Assembly (NCBI GenBank): GCA_964448705.1
Contig: CAYUZS010000002.1
Location: 49,577 to 113,576 of the forward strand
Reading direction: 5' to 3'
Length of the DNA stretch: 64,000 nucleotides
DNA from: an uncultured Gammaproteobacteria bacterium
GTDB lineage: Bacteria; Patescibacteriota; Microgenomatia; UBA12405
The position numbers were made by a program, and so were the translations under genes. Positions 1-7,535 of this stretch are shown in pieces (position 1 is the first letter of the stretch; each line of letters opens with the position of its first letter). Below the pieces are notes generated by a model. The model was not told where the DNA came from and did not search any database. It worked only from the letters and a program-made list of their open reading frames with translations.

Positions 1-691
1 CTTTACCGGTAAGATGGCCTGAAGTTAGGGCTAAAATAATCTGATCCGAATGATATGAAGAATTCTGGGGGTCGACCAGAGATTCAAAACGCTGTCGGCG
101 ATAGGGAGAAGTTAAAACCAAAATTAAACTGGCAGAAATGGCAAAAAGACATAGGACAAAAAGGGAAACAATTTCACCACCGGAGAGATAATACATGGTA
201 ATTACGGTGGCAGCAATTAAAATAGAAGTGCTTAAATTCGGTTCCAGAATGATTAACACCAGAGGAATGCCAAGATAGATGATTAAGTTTTTAATGTTGC
301 GGGAACGATCGTCAATAAATATTTTGGAAAAAAAGATAATTGCGGTCAGTTTGAATATTTCCGAAGGCTGGATGCCAAAAAAGCCGACATCAAACCAGCG
401 GCGGGCGCCGAGGACCTGATTTCCGAATTGAGGAATCAAAACGAGAATTAATAAACCTAAAGTAAGAAAATAAAATGTCTGAGAATATTTTTTAAGAAAA
501 CTAAATTTAATTTTAGCGGCGACAAAAAAAGCCGCGATGCCGACAACGGACCAAATCAATTGTTTTTTAATAAAATATAATTTGTCTCCGGCAGTGTAGA
601 CGGCTTCGGAAATAGAAGAAAGAGAAATGAAGAGCAGTCCAATCATGAGCAATAGTCCGGTAAGAAAGATCAAATTGGAATGTTTTTTCAT
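1..691 (-). CDS. ftsW: Cell-division lipid II flippase/glycosyltransferase FtsW/RodA (SEDS family), N-terminal part; the 3' end runs off the window
   Basis: Minus-strand ORF with ATG at 689-691 overlapping the stop of the upstream ATP-grasp gene (ATGA). Translation MKKHSNLIFLTGLLLMIG...GARRWFDVGFFGIQPSEIFKL... is polytopic and carries the SEDS G-x-R-R-W...QPSE signature. Not in the ORF track because no stop lies inside the window. Confidence 0.8.
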   Translation of the reverse strand, partial: MKKHSNLIFLTGLLLMIGLLFISLSSISEAVYTAGDKLYFIKKQLIWSVVGIAAFFVAAKIKFSFLKKYSQTFYFLTLGLLILVLIPQFGNQVLGARRWFDVGFFGIQPSEIFKLTAIIFFSKIFIDDRSRNIKNLIIYLGIPLVLIILEPNLSTSILIAATVITMYYLSGGEIVSLFVLCLFAISASLILVLTSPYRRQRFESLVDPQNSSYHSDQIILALTSGHLTGK

Positions 692-1797
692 AAAACGTTA
701 GCAATAACAGCGGGACTGATGGAAACAGGATCGGCAGAAGGAGAGAAGGTGGAAAACTGATGATATTTTTTTATGGTGACACCATTTGCATCTTTACGGG
801 TGATTTCCGAACCAATGAGTTGTGGATCGGTTGATCTGGAAACACCGGAGATATCGGTCGGTAAATTACAAAATTCAGACAGGTGGTAATAAAATAAAGG
901 GGTATAACCGGCATTTTTTTCTATTTCGGTATAAAAGGCAAAAGAGGCAGTAAGACGGGCGTTACATTCCAGAAGATAAACTTTGTCTTCCGAAACTAAA
1001 AAGTCTAAACCGAAAAAACCACGGAAATGTTGGGTTTTAAGGTATTCGGAAAAAGATTCAGTTAAGGCGTTGATCTGAGAAATAATTTCGGCGGGGGCCT
1101 GCGAGGGCCATTGACGGCCGACAGTAGCTAGAGGGTTGTCGGTTAATTGGGAAAGACCGGTATATTGAAGTCCAGGAGGACTGGTGATTAATCCCCTGCC
1201 GGTTAAACAGCAATTATTTATGAGTGAATAACCCGGTAAATATTTGGAAAATTTTACAATAGTACCGGGAGCGATTAACGACTGAACATCGGAAAAATCA
1301 TTTGAAAGATGGGAACTGTTTCCGGCCCAGCCGAAATGGGTTTGGATAACCAGAGGGGAGCCGAAATCCGCCATTGCCCGAGAGTAGTTTTCCTGATTGA
1401 AAGAAATAACTAAGTTAGGGATTTGGGGAAAATTTTGCTGATGACAAATTTCGACAAATTTTATTTTATCTTCGAGATAACGATTGAGAGAAGCGGGATT
1501 AGAAATTAATAGCCAATTGTTTTGAGTACAAAGGTGTTCAATTCTGGCTGAGGGTTTGAAAGGGATTATTGCCGGTTGACGACCGGTTGATTGCGAATGC
1601 TGTTTAATAAATTCAATTGTTTTTGGGTGGGAGAGCAATCTTCCGGAATTTTTTTCCGGCAAACTGATTCCAATTTTTTCCGGAGAAATAGAAATGAAAT
1701 TACTTATTTCCGGAAGACTGATATCAAGAAATTGATCGACGACCAAAAAATAAAAATCATAAGGAGCAAGATTGAGGGTTTCCAGAAGTGAGGTCAT
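688..1797 (-). CDS. ATP-grasp family ligase (RimK/LysX/Ddl-like amino-acid ligase), substrate unknown
   Basis: C-terminal ATP-grasp signature GFFGLDFLVSEDKVYLLECNARLTASF (compare Ddl [25 protein letters not shown] and the RimK LEVNSSPG block). The N-terminal ~90 aa does not look like the Ddl N-domain (no GGxSxE). Confidence 0.6.
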   Translation of the reverse strand: MTSLLETLNLAPYDFYFLVVDQFLDISLPEISNFISISPEKIGISLPEKNSGRLLSHPKTIEFIKQHSQSTGRQPAIIPFKPSARIEHLCTQNNWLLISNPASLNRYLEDKIKFVEICHQQNFPQIPNLVISFNQENYSRAMADFGSPLVIQTHFGWAGNSSHLSNDFSDVQSLIAPGTIVKFSKYLPGYSLINNCCLTGRGLITSPPGLQYTGLSQLTDNPLATVGRQWPSQAPAEIISQINALTESFSEYLKTQHFRGFFGLDFLVSEDKVYLLECNARLTASFAFYTEIEKNAGYTPLFYYHLSEFCNLPTDISGVSRSTDPQLIGSEITRKDANGVTIKKYHQFSTFSPSADPVSISPAVIANVL

Positions 1798-2600
1798 CTT
1801 TTGGTTCCGGTTAATAAAATAAGCGGATAAAGACCAGGATCATATTTTTCGAGGGCTTTTTTATATCCGGCAAAAGCCATAACACCTTCGGGAGAAGTAG
1901 AAAGATTATTAATATCAAAAAAGGCCGAAGCATCTTCAATTTGATGATTGTTGATAACAATACCTGAACCGGAGGAATTTTTGATGGCAGTAATAACTTG
2001 GGATTTTAAGGGAAGGAGTTTAACGGTTAAAGAATCGGTTAATGATTCTTTTTCCGGTTGATAATTTTGGTCGAAGAAGGAAGCGATGGGACAATTATTT
2101 GCCGGCTGAACTGCAAATATTTTAACTGAATCGGCCAGTTTTTGAGAAATACCCAAGAGGGTGGTGCCGCTACCCACCGGTATAAAAATACTGGTAACTT
2201 GAGGAAGTTGGGCCATTATTTCCGAGCCGATTTCCTGATAGCCGATTAAGGCGGCAGGATCTGTTGATTGACGTAAGAGATAACTTTGATTGGTTTTGGA
2301 AAAGCGAAAAGCTTCGGAGATCGGTTTGGGAGTGGTAAAAATTTTAGAATGTTTGATCAGAGCCAATTTTTGGGGATTAATTCCCGGAGAGACGAAGACA
2401 GTTAAAGGGATATTTTTTTGATGACAAAAATAATCTGCAGAAATAGCGGCGTTACCAGTGCTGGAAATGACGGCTGAAGAATAATTGAGTTTTTGTAACC
2501 GGTCAAGTTGGGCAGCAATTGCCCTATCTTTGGCAGAACCGGTTAGGTTTTGATCTTCTCTTTTAAAATAGACTGAATCAAATTTGACTATGGGTGTCAT
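1794..2600 (-). CDS. PLP-dependent enzyme, fold type II (tryptophan-synthase-beta superfamily; threonine synthase / cysteine synthase / serine racemase-like), short form (268 aa)
   Basis: TGSAKDRAIAAQL PLP-lysine motif (compare TGSFKDR of ThrC and relatives). Gly-rich VGSGTT loop later in the protein. 4-nt overlap with the downstream ATP-grasp gene. Confidence 0.6.
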   Translation of the reverse strand: MTPIVKFDSVYFKREDQNLTGSAKDRAIAAQLDRLQKLNYSSAVISSTGNAAISADYFCHQKNIPLTVFVSPGINPQKLALIKHSKIFTTPKPISEAFRFSKTNQSYLLRQSTDPAALIGYQEIGSEIMAQLPQVTSIFIPVGSGTTLLGISQKLADSVKIFAVQPANNCPIASFFDQNYQPEKESLTDSLTVKLLPLKSQVITAIKNSSGSGIVINNHQIEDASAFFDINNLSTSPEGVMAFAGYKKALEKYDPGLYPLILLTGTKR

Positions 2601-2638
2601 ATAATAGTATAAGGATTATATATTTATTTGGAATCAAA

Positions 2639-2806
2639 ATGAATCTAGAAGAAAATAAAATCATCTGTCCTGATTGTCAGGCGGAAATAATTAAACCTGA
2701 AACAATGGCAGTAGGCGACATTCTGGAATGCGCTGAGTGCGGTACTGAAGTGGAAATATTGTCTTTGGAACCTATTAAATACAAAGAGTTGGTTGAAGAA
2801 AAATAA
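2639..2806 (+). CDS. LysW/ArgW-like zinc-ribbon small protein (55 aa); possible amino-group carrier protein homolog
   Basis: MNLEENKIICPDCQAEIIKPETMAVGDILECAECGTEVEILSLEPIKYKELVEEK. It has the CPxC...(17 aa)...CxxCG(T/A)E(V/L)E(I/V) spacing and the hydrophobic pattern of LysW (compare Thermus CPECGAEL...CEDCGAELEVVGLDPLRLE). The ORF exactly fills the only 207-bp gap in the operon, with TATAAT at 2600-2605 and GGA 8 nt before the ATG. Its stop lies 1 nt from the convergent NlpC/P60 stop. The GTG start at 2594 given in the ORF track overlaps the PLP gene start and is unlikely. Confidence 0.45.
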   Translation: MNLEENKIICPDCQAEIIKPETMAVGDILECAECGTEVEILSLEPIKYKELVEEK

Positions 2807-2807
2807 A

Positions 2808-3356
2808 TTATTTCTGTAAATTAAGACGATAAAATCCCTGATGTGGAAATTCGGGATTGTCAATTTCAAATTTTCCCAAAACTACTCCCCTCTTTTTTTG
2901 ATTGCTTTCCAGGTATTCAACCAGATTACCGGTTTTTTTAATGACAAACAAAACATGCCGGCCGTTATTTTGACGAACCAGATCACCGGTAGTTAAAGAG
3001 TCAGAATCAACCGGCGATGATAGAGGGTATGAGGTGAGCATGTCGGCAGAAGTTTTTCGGGGATTGAGACTGGTTTTAAAATAAAAATTTAGGAGGTGAC
3101 AAACGAGTCCGGAGCAATCGATACCGAGATGATGTTTCTTTTGGAAATTGTAAATTTGTGAAGAGGAAAAATTAATTAACTTAACATTTTCGTTGTTGGC
3201 AAATTCGATTGTCTTTAAGGCAATTTCTTTGGCAGAACCTTTTCCAACTAAAGCATTTTCCCCATTATTTTTATACTTTCCCTTATTAATGAAATAGGGA
3301 ATACCAAGATAGGTGTTGATTTCTTGAAGAAGAGAATTTAATTTAGGCCTAACCAT
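2808..3356 (-). CDS. NlpC/P60-family cysteine peptidase/amidase, no signal peptide (cytoplasmic)
   Basis: Catalytic Cys in HHLGIDCSGLVCHLL and downstream His in NGRHVLFVIK, the typical NlpC/P60 Cys-His arrangement. The most plausible start is ATG at 3354-3356 (MVRPKLNSLL), overlapping the mraY 3' end by 19 nt. The N-terminus is not hydrophobic. Confidence 0.55.
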   Translation of the reverse strand: MVRPKLNSLLQEINTYLGIPYFINKGKYKNNGENALVGKGSAKEIALKTIEFANNENVKLINFSSSQIYNFQKKHHLGIDCSGLVCHLLNFYFKTSLNPRKTSADMLTSYPLSSPVDSDSLTTGDLVRQNNGRHVLFVIKKTGNLVEYLESNQKKRGVVLGKFEIDNPEFPHQGFYRLNLQK

Positions 3357-4372
3357 AGAGCAACAACTGCTAATATAATCGCCGCCAGCCAAGCCCGAAA
3401 GACGATTTTTGGTTCTTCCCAACCGATTTTTTGAAAAGTCAGATGAAGCGGTGCTGCCGGCAAAATTTTTCTTTTAAAATAGATTTTACTGAGTATTTGG
3501 ACTGCACTACTCATACCTTCAACGATAAACGGCAGTCCGACGATAAATAAAGGGACTAATTTACCTAATAAAATAGCTATTACGGCGATAGTGGCCCCAA
3601 AAGAAAGTGAGCCGACGTCACCAAGCCAGATACGGGCCGGATAAATATTAAAGTAAAGGAAAGCAATTAAAGCCCCCAACCATAAAGCAAGAAATAGAGA
3701 AATGGGAGTGTCTAAAGAATGGTTGGACAAAAACCAAAAAGCGAATAGAGCGATCATTAATAAACCACAGGAAAGTCCATCCAAACCATCGGTAATATTG
3801 AAAAAGTTAGCAAAGCCGACGATGATGGCTGTATACAAAGGTACAGAAAACCAACCCAAATTAACCGGCCCCAAGAAGGGAATGTAGACAAAATTAATTC
3901 CTAATTGAAAGACAGCATAAATGGAAATAAACAAAGCCAAAACAATCTGAAGAATAAGTTTGTGAACCATGCGAAGACCGAAAAACCCGGTTTTTGAAAA
4001 ACCAAAAAACTTTAAAATATCGTCGTATAGTCCCAGTAAAGCAAATCCGATAAAAGTGAAAAAGATGACGATAATTTCCTGATCGATTCGGTAGTTGCTG
4101 GAGATAAAAATGTTGGAAAAATGAAGCAAGGGAAAGAGGGATAAAAACAGAACAGTTACTGTAACAATGATCAAAAGACCGCCGCCGACCGGGGTGCCTG
4201 ATTTTTGACTATGAAAACGATCAAAAATTGGGGTGCGTTTGTTTTGAAAATCGAGGGTTTTTTGATTTTGACGCTGAAATTTTAGTTTATAGAGAAGATT
4301 GATAAAAGGAACAACAAGAATGCTGTTGGTGAGAAAGGAGAATAATAGTAAACCTAGATATAAATGGATCAC
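3338..4372 (-). CDS. mraY: Phospho-N-acetylmuramoyl-pentapeptide transferase MraY
   Basis: Polytopic membrane protein with KSGTPVGGG and NITDGLDGLSCG (DGLDGL) signatures of MraY/WecA-family polyprenyl-phosphate sugar-phosphate transferases. Sits in a dcw context. Confidence 0.9.
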   Translation of the reverse strand: MIHLYLGLLLFSFLTNSILVVPFINLLYKLKFQRQNQKTLDFQNKRTPIFDRFHSQKSGTPVGGGLLIIVTVTVLFLSLFPLLHFSNIFISSNYRIDQEIIVIFFTFIGFALLGLYDDILKFFGFSKTGFFGLRMVHKLILQIVLALFISIYAVFQLGINFVYIPFLGPVNLGWFSVPLYTAIIVGFANFFNITDGLDGLSCGLLMIALFAFWFLSNHSLDTPISLFLALWLGALIAFLYFNIYPARIWLGDVGSLSFGATIAVIAILLGKLVPLFIVGLPFIVEGMSSAVQILSKIYFKRKILPAAPLHLTFQKIGWEEPKIVFRAWLAAIILAVVALWLGLN

Positions 4373-4378
4373 TTTAGA

Positions 4379-5659
4379 TTAGATTATAAACTGTTTTAAA
4401 TTATTAAGTCCATCGAGACCTCCGGAACTAAAATGAATCAAGAGATCTCCCGGCTTTAGATTAGCGGAAAGATAGGTGAAGATATCGTCTTCAATCGGTA
4501 AATATTTCATTTTTTCACCGAGAACTTTTTGCCAATTAGCAGCTGTTACCCGATCATTTTTACCTGTATTGGCGGAAAAATGAATTTTTGAAAGGATAAA
4601 TTCATGACACATATTCTTGATTTGAGAAAAATCGTTAAGACTTTTTTGATTTTGAAGAAATTTGGCATGAGGCTCGAAATAGACAAAAATCCGACGTTTT
4701 GGATAAGCTTGTTGAAGTGCGGTGAGGGCTGAATAGACCCGGGAACCGGACTGAGCAAAATCGTCATAGATTAAAATATTGTTTTTGGAAGAAATTTTTT
4801 CCAGACGTCGTTTTAATCCGGGAAAAGTAGCGATATATTTTAAAATAATAGTACTTTTTAGGCCTAATTGATGACAAAAAGTATAAGCAGCGGCAATATT
4901 TTGCTGATTATATTGACCGATAAGTTTGGATTTGAAAACTTTGTCTATTTGATAATCAAAGGTCGGGGCCTTGCTTTCAGAAATAATCTTTTTTATTTCA
5001 CTGTCCTGTCCGTTATAAACAATAAATCCGTTTTCGGGTACATTTTTAATTAATTGCCGAAAGGCTTCAAAATTTTTTTCGGAGGTGGAATAAGATTCTT
5101 TATGTTCCCATTGAGCACTGGTGAGGATTAAATATTTGACAGGATAATAGAGAAATTTTGCTTTGGTATCCAGCCCGTTGATGGATTCATCGGCTTCAAC
5201 TACAGACCAGTTTGAAGTGGTGGAATTGATGGAAGGAGAATGATTAACAAGCTGGCCGCCAAAAAAATAATTTGGATGGTAGCCGGATTTATCCATAATC
5301 CAGGAAACAAGGGCGGTGATAGTGCTTTTGCCGTATGATCCGGCGACTAAAATAGAGTTTCCCCTAATTAAACTTTTAGCGATGAATTCAGTGGCGGTGG
5401 TGTAGGGAATATTAAGTTTTTTTATTTGTTCCCATTCTTCGACACATTTAGAAAAAGACAAAAAAGATGAACCAACAATGACGGCATCAATATGGGTGTT
5501 AATAGGAGTTTTATTCAACGGAATATCGGCGATAAGTTGACTGATGGGAGGATAGATTTTATCTTGGTCTGAACCGGTGACCTCGTGACCCTGCTGTTTT
5601 AAAATCATGGCAATTTGAGCTGTCATGACTCCGGCGATACCAAGAATATGAATATGCAT
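4379..5659 (-). CDS. Mur ligase family protein, Mpl/MurC-like (UDP-N-acetylmuramate:peptide or L-Ala ligase)
   Basis: N-terminus MHIHILGIAGVMTAQIAMILKQQGHEVTGSD closely resembles the Mpl/MurC Rossmann N-domain (E. coli Mpl MRIHILGICGTFMGGLAMLARQLGHEVTGSD as recalled). P-loop VAGSYGKSTIT. 426 aa. Confidence 0.7.
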   Translation of the reverse strand: MHIHILGIAGVMTAQIAMILKQQGHEVTGSDQDKIYPPISQLIADIPLNKTPINTHIDAVIVGSSFLSFSKCVEEWEQIKKLNIPYTTATEFIAKSLIRGNSILVAGSYGKSTITALVSWIMDKSGYHPNYFFGGQLVNHSPSINSTTSNWSVVEADESINGLDTKAKFLYYPVKYLILTSAQWEHKESYSTSEKNFEAFRQLIKNVPENGFIVYNGQDSEIKKIISESKAPTFDYQIDKVFKSKLIGQYNQQNIAAAYTFCHQLGLKSTIILKYIATFPGLKRRLEKISSKNNILIYDDFAQSGSRVYSALTALQQAYPKRRIFVYFEPHAKFLQNQKSLNDFSQIKNMCHEFILSKIHFSANTGKNDRVTAANWQKVLGEKMKYLPIEDDIFTYLSANLKPGDLLIHFSSGGLDGLNNLKQFII

Positions 5660-5664
5660 ATTTA

Positions 5665-6261
5665 TCAGTGATTAATATAGGGAACCCAAGAATTATTATA
5701 ATAGTATTCAAAACCAGGAAAACTGCGTTTGTAAAATCCTAATTTAGTCTCCGGATTAAATCTGCCTAAATAAGTGTATTTTAGCTGTTGTTCGTGGGAA
5801 TCGATGACAACCTGTAATGGACAGCGAATAGGGAGATCCTGATGAGAATATTTAGGATCGTAAAATAGGTAGGCGACATGGGAAATTGTCGGGGAAAAAT
5901 AACAAACGGCATAGGCGGCGACAACATCATGGTCGTAAAAAATATAAAGTCGATTGAAGATATGGTCGGTGAAAACTTTTTTTATGGAACTGGTGGGAAA
6001 ATCCCAGTTTAATTCCTTTACCCAATCATGAATTTGTTTTTGGAGCTTTGGGGTGTAAACAAAATCGGAAAGATTAACTGTTTTGTAAGTGATGTTTTCA
6101 GTTTTTTTTAAAATACGACGATTTTCGGAATTTAAGACAAAATTTTCCAAATTAGAACGACAGCTGCTTTCCTGATAAAAAATATTCTTTTCGTTGCGTT
6201 GAGGCAAAAGACCAAGATCGTAATTTTCTTCGATAGTAAGTTCGTTTTTAATGTTAAACAT
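5665..6261 (-). CDS. Hypothetical protein with Bpt/ATE-C-like (aminoacyl-tRNA--protein transferase family, GNAT fold) motifs
   Basis: HVAYLFYDPKY and KYTYLGRFNPE resemble the two conserved blocks of bacterial Bpt / eukaryotic ATE1 C-domain (recalled as ..SAVYTFYDP.. and ..YLYLGYWI..). 198 aa. 8-nt overlap with upstream murE-like gene. Low-confidence family call. Confidence 0.35.
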   Translation of the reverse strand: MFNIKNELTIEENYDLGLLPQRNEKNIFYQESSCRSNLENFVLNSENRRILKKTENITYKTVNLSDFVYTPKLQKQIHDWVKELNWDFPTSSIKKVFTDHIFNRLYIFYDHDVVAAYAVCYFSPTISHVAYLFYDPKYSHQDLPIRCPLQVVIDSHEQQLKYTYLGRFNPETKLGFYKRSFPGFEYYYNNSWVPYINH

Positions 6262-7522
6262 GCTGTTTTCTTAATCTAAAAGCGGATCTAAAAGCTTCGG
6301 ATTCGGACCAGGGATATTCAGTTTTACCATGAAGAATGGTAGTTTCGTGACCTTTACCGCAGGCGATTATAGTATCGCCCGGAGAGGCAAGTTTAACAGC
6401 TAAATTAAAAGCATCCTGACGATTGGGAATATCGTAATAAACGAAAGATTTATTTTGGAGACGATCCGGATCTATACCTTCAATTATCTGTGAATTAATA
6501 TCTTCAACTTTTTCATTACGGGTATCATCGGCGGTAATAATAGCAATGTCAGCTATTTTTGACACCTCGTAACCCATAATCGGGCGTTTGCTTTGGTCGC
6601 GGCCGCCGGTAGCGCCGAAAATAACAATCAACTTACCTGAAGTAATCTGACGAAGTGAAGAAAGGGTGTTTTTTAAGGCATTTGGAGTGTGGGCAAAATC
6701 GACGATAGTCCGAAAACGAAAACGATTGGAGACCTCTTCCCGGCGACCTTTAATTTCCGGAAAATGACGAATAGTGTTAATTAAAATTTGGGGATCAAAT
6801 TTTAACCAATTTAAAATTCCGTAGGCAGTCAAAATATTATAAATTTGATAACGATAGTTACTGTCGGTTTTGAAAGTTAATCCATTGACCGAAAAAGAAA
6901 GAAGGTCTGATTTATCGGAAATATTTTTAGCCTGATAATCGGATTTTTTTTCGATACTATAGGTGGTAAAAGGAACTTTAAGAGCAGGACTGATTTGAGA
7001 AAAAGTAGAATCATCTTTATTTAGAACAGCATAGCGGCACTTTTTAAAAATGAGACTTTTAGTGGAAACATAGTCGTCCATATCTAAAAAATCATCAAGG
7101 TGTTCATGAGAGGTATTGGTGATAGCGGCGACTTTAAAATTACAGCCATAAAATCGAAATTGGTCCAAGGCATGAGCAGTAACTTCGATAACGACGTGAG
7201 TAACTCCCTGATCTACCATCTGACGCAGTAAAAACTGAACTTTTGAGGAATCGGGAGAAGTGGTGTGGAGACCGATAGTTGATTCCTGGGTACCGATTTT
7301 AGAGCCGACAGTACTGATGAGTCCTGCCTTAATACCGGCGTTTAGTAAACATTGGTGAATAAGAACTGAGGTGGTGGTTTTACCATCAGTTCCGGTGATA
7401 CCAATGATAATCAGTTTCCGGGAAGGAAAGCGATAATAAAAGTTATAATACAAACTTTTGGGAAAATGCCAAAGAATATTTTTTATTTTCTGTTTAACTC
7501 TTTTTAATTTACGCTTAAACAT
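6254..7522 (-). CDS. murE: Mur ligase, MurE-like (UDP-MurNAc-L-Ala-D-Glu:diamino-acid ligase family) with a truncated N-terminal domain
   Basis: P-loop IIGITGTDGKTTT and C-terminal ITADDTRNEKVEDI (MurE DNPR(S/N)E-like block). Only ~37 aa precede the P-loop, versus ~100 in canonical MurE. Position after ftsI is as in dcw clusters. Confidence 0.65.
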   Translation of the reverse strand: MFKRKLKRVKQKIKNILWHFPKSLYYNFYYRFPSRKLIIIGITGTDGKTTTSVLIHQCLLNAGIKAGLISTVGSKIGTQESTIGLHTTSPDSSKVQFLLRQMVDQGVTHVVIEVTAHALDQFRFYGCNFKVAAITNTSHEHLDDFLDMDDYVSTKSLIFKKCRYAVLNKDDSTFSQISPALKVPFTTYSIEKKSDYQAKNISDKSDLLSFSVNGLTFKTDSNYRYQIYNILTAYGILNWLKFDPQILINTIRHFPEIKGRREEVSNRFRFRTIVDFAHTPNALKNTLSSLRQITSGKLIVIFGATGGRDQSKRPIMGYEVSKIADIAIITADDTRNEKVEDINSQIIEGIDPDRLQNKSFVYYDIPNRQDAFNLAVKLASPGDTIIACGKGHETTILHGKTEYPWSESEAFRSAFRLRKQHV

Positions 7523-7535
7523 AGGTTCATTTGAA

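Noticed and set aside
688-1797. Calling the ATP-grasp gene ddl (D-Ala-D-Ala ligase)
   Set aside because: The C-terminal block is Ddl-like, but the N-terminal domain lacks the Ddl GGxSxE start, and the gene sits in the murD slot next to a LysW-like minigene. It was left as a generic ATP-grasp ligase pending profile search.
2594-2638. GTG-initiated 5' extension of the small plus-strand ORF (MSYNSIRIIYLFGIK...)
   Set aside because: It overlaps the divergent start codon of the PLP-enzyme gene and has no RBS. The internal ATG at 2639 with an upstream TATAAT is more plausible.
2645-2869. 74-aa minus-strand ORF antisense to the LysW-like minigene
   Set aside because: It overlaps the NlpC/P60 3' end and is low-complexity (FFFNQLFVFNRF). 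The plus-strand frame has a clear zinc-ribbon protein signature and exactly fills the gap, so the minus ORF is taken as spurious.
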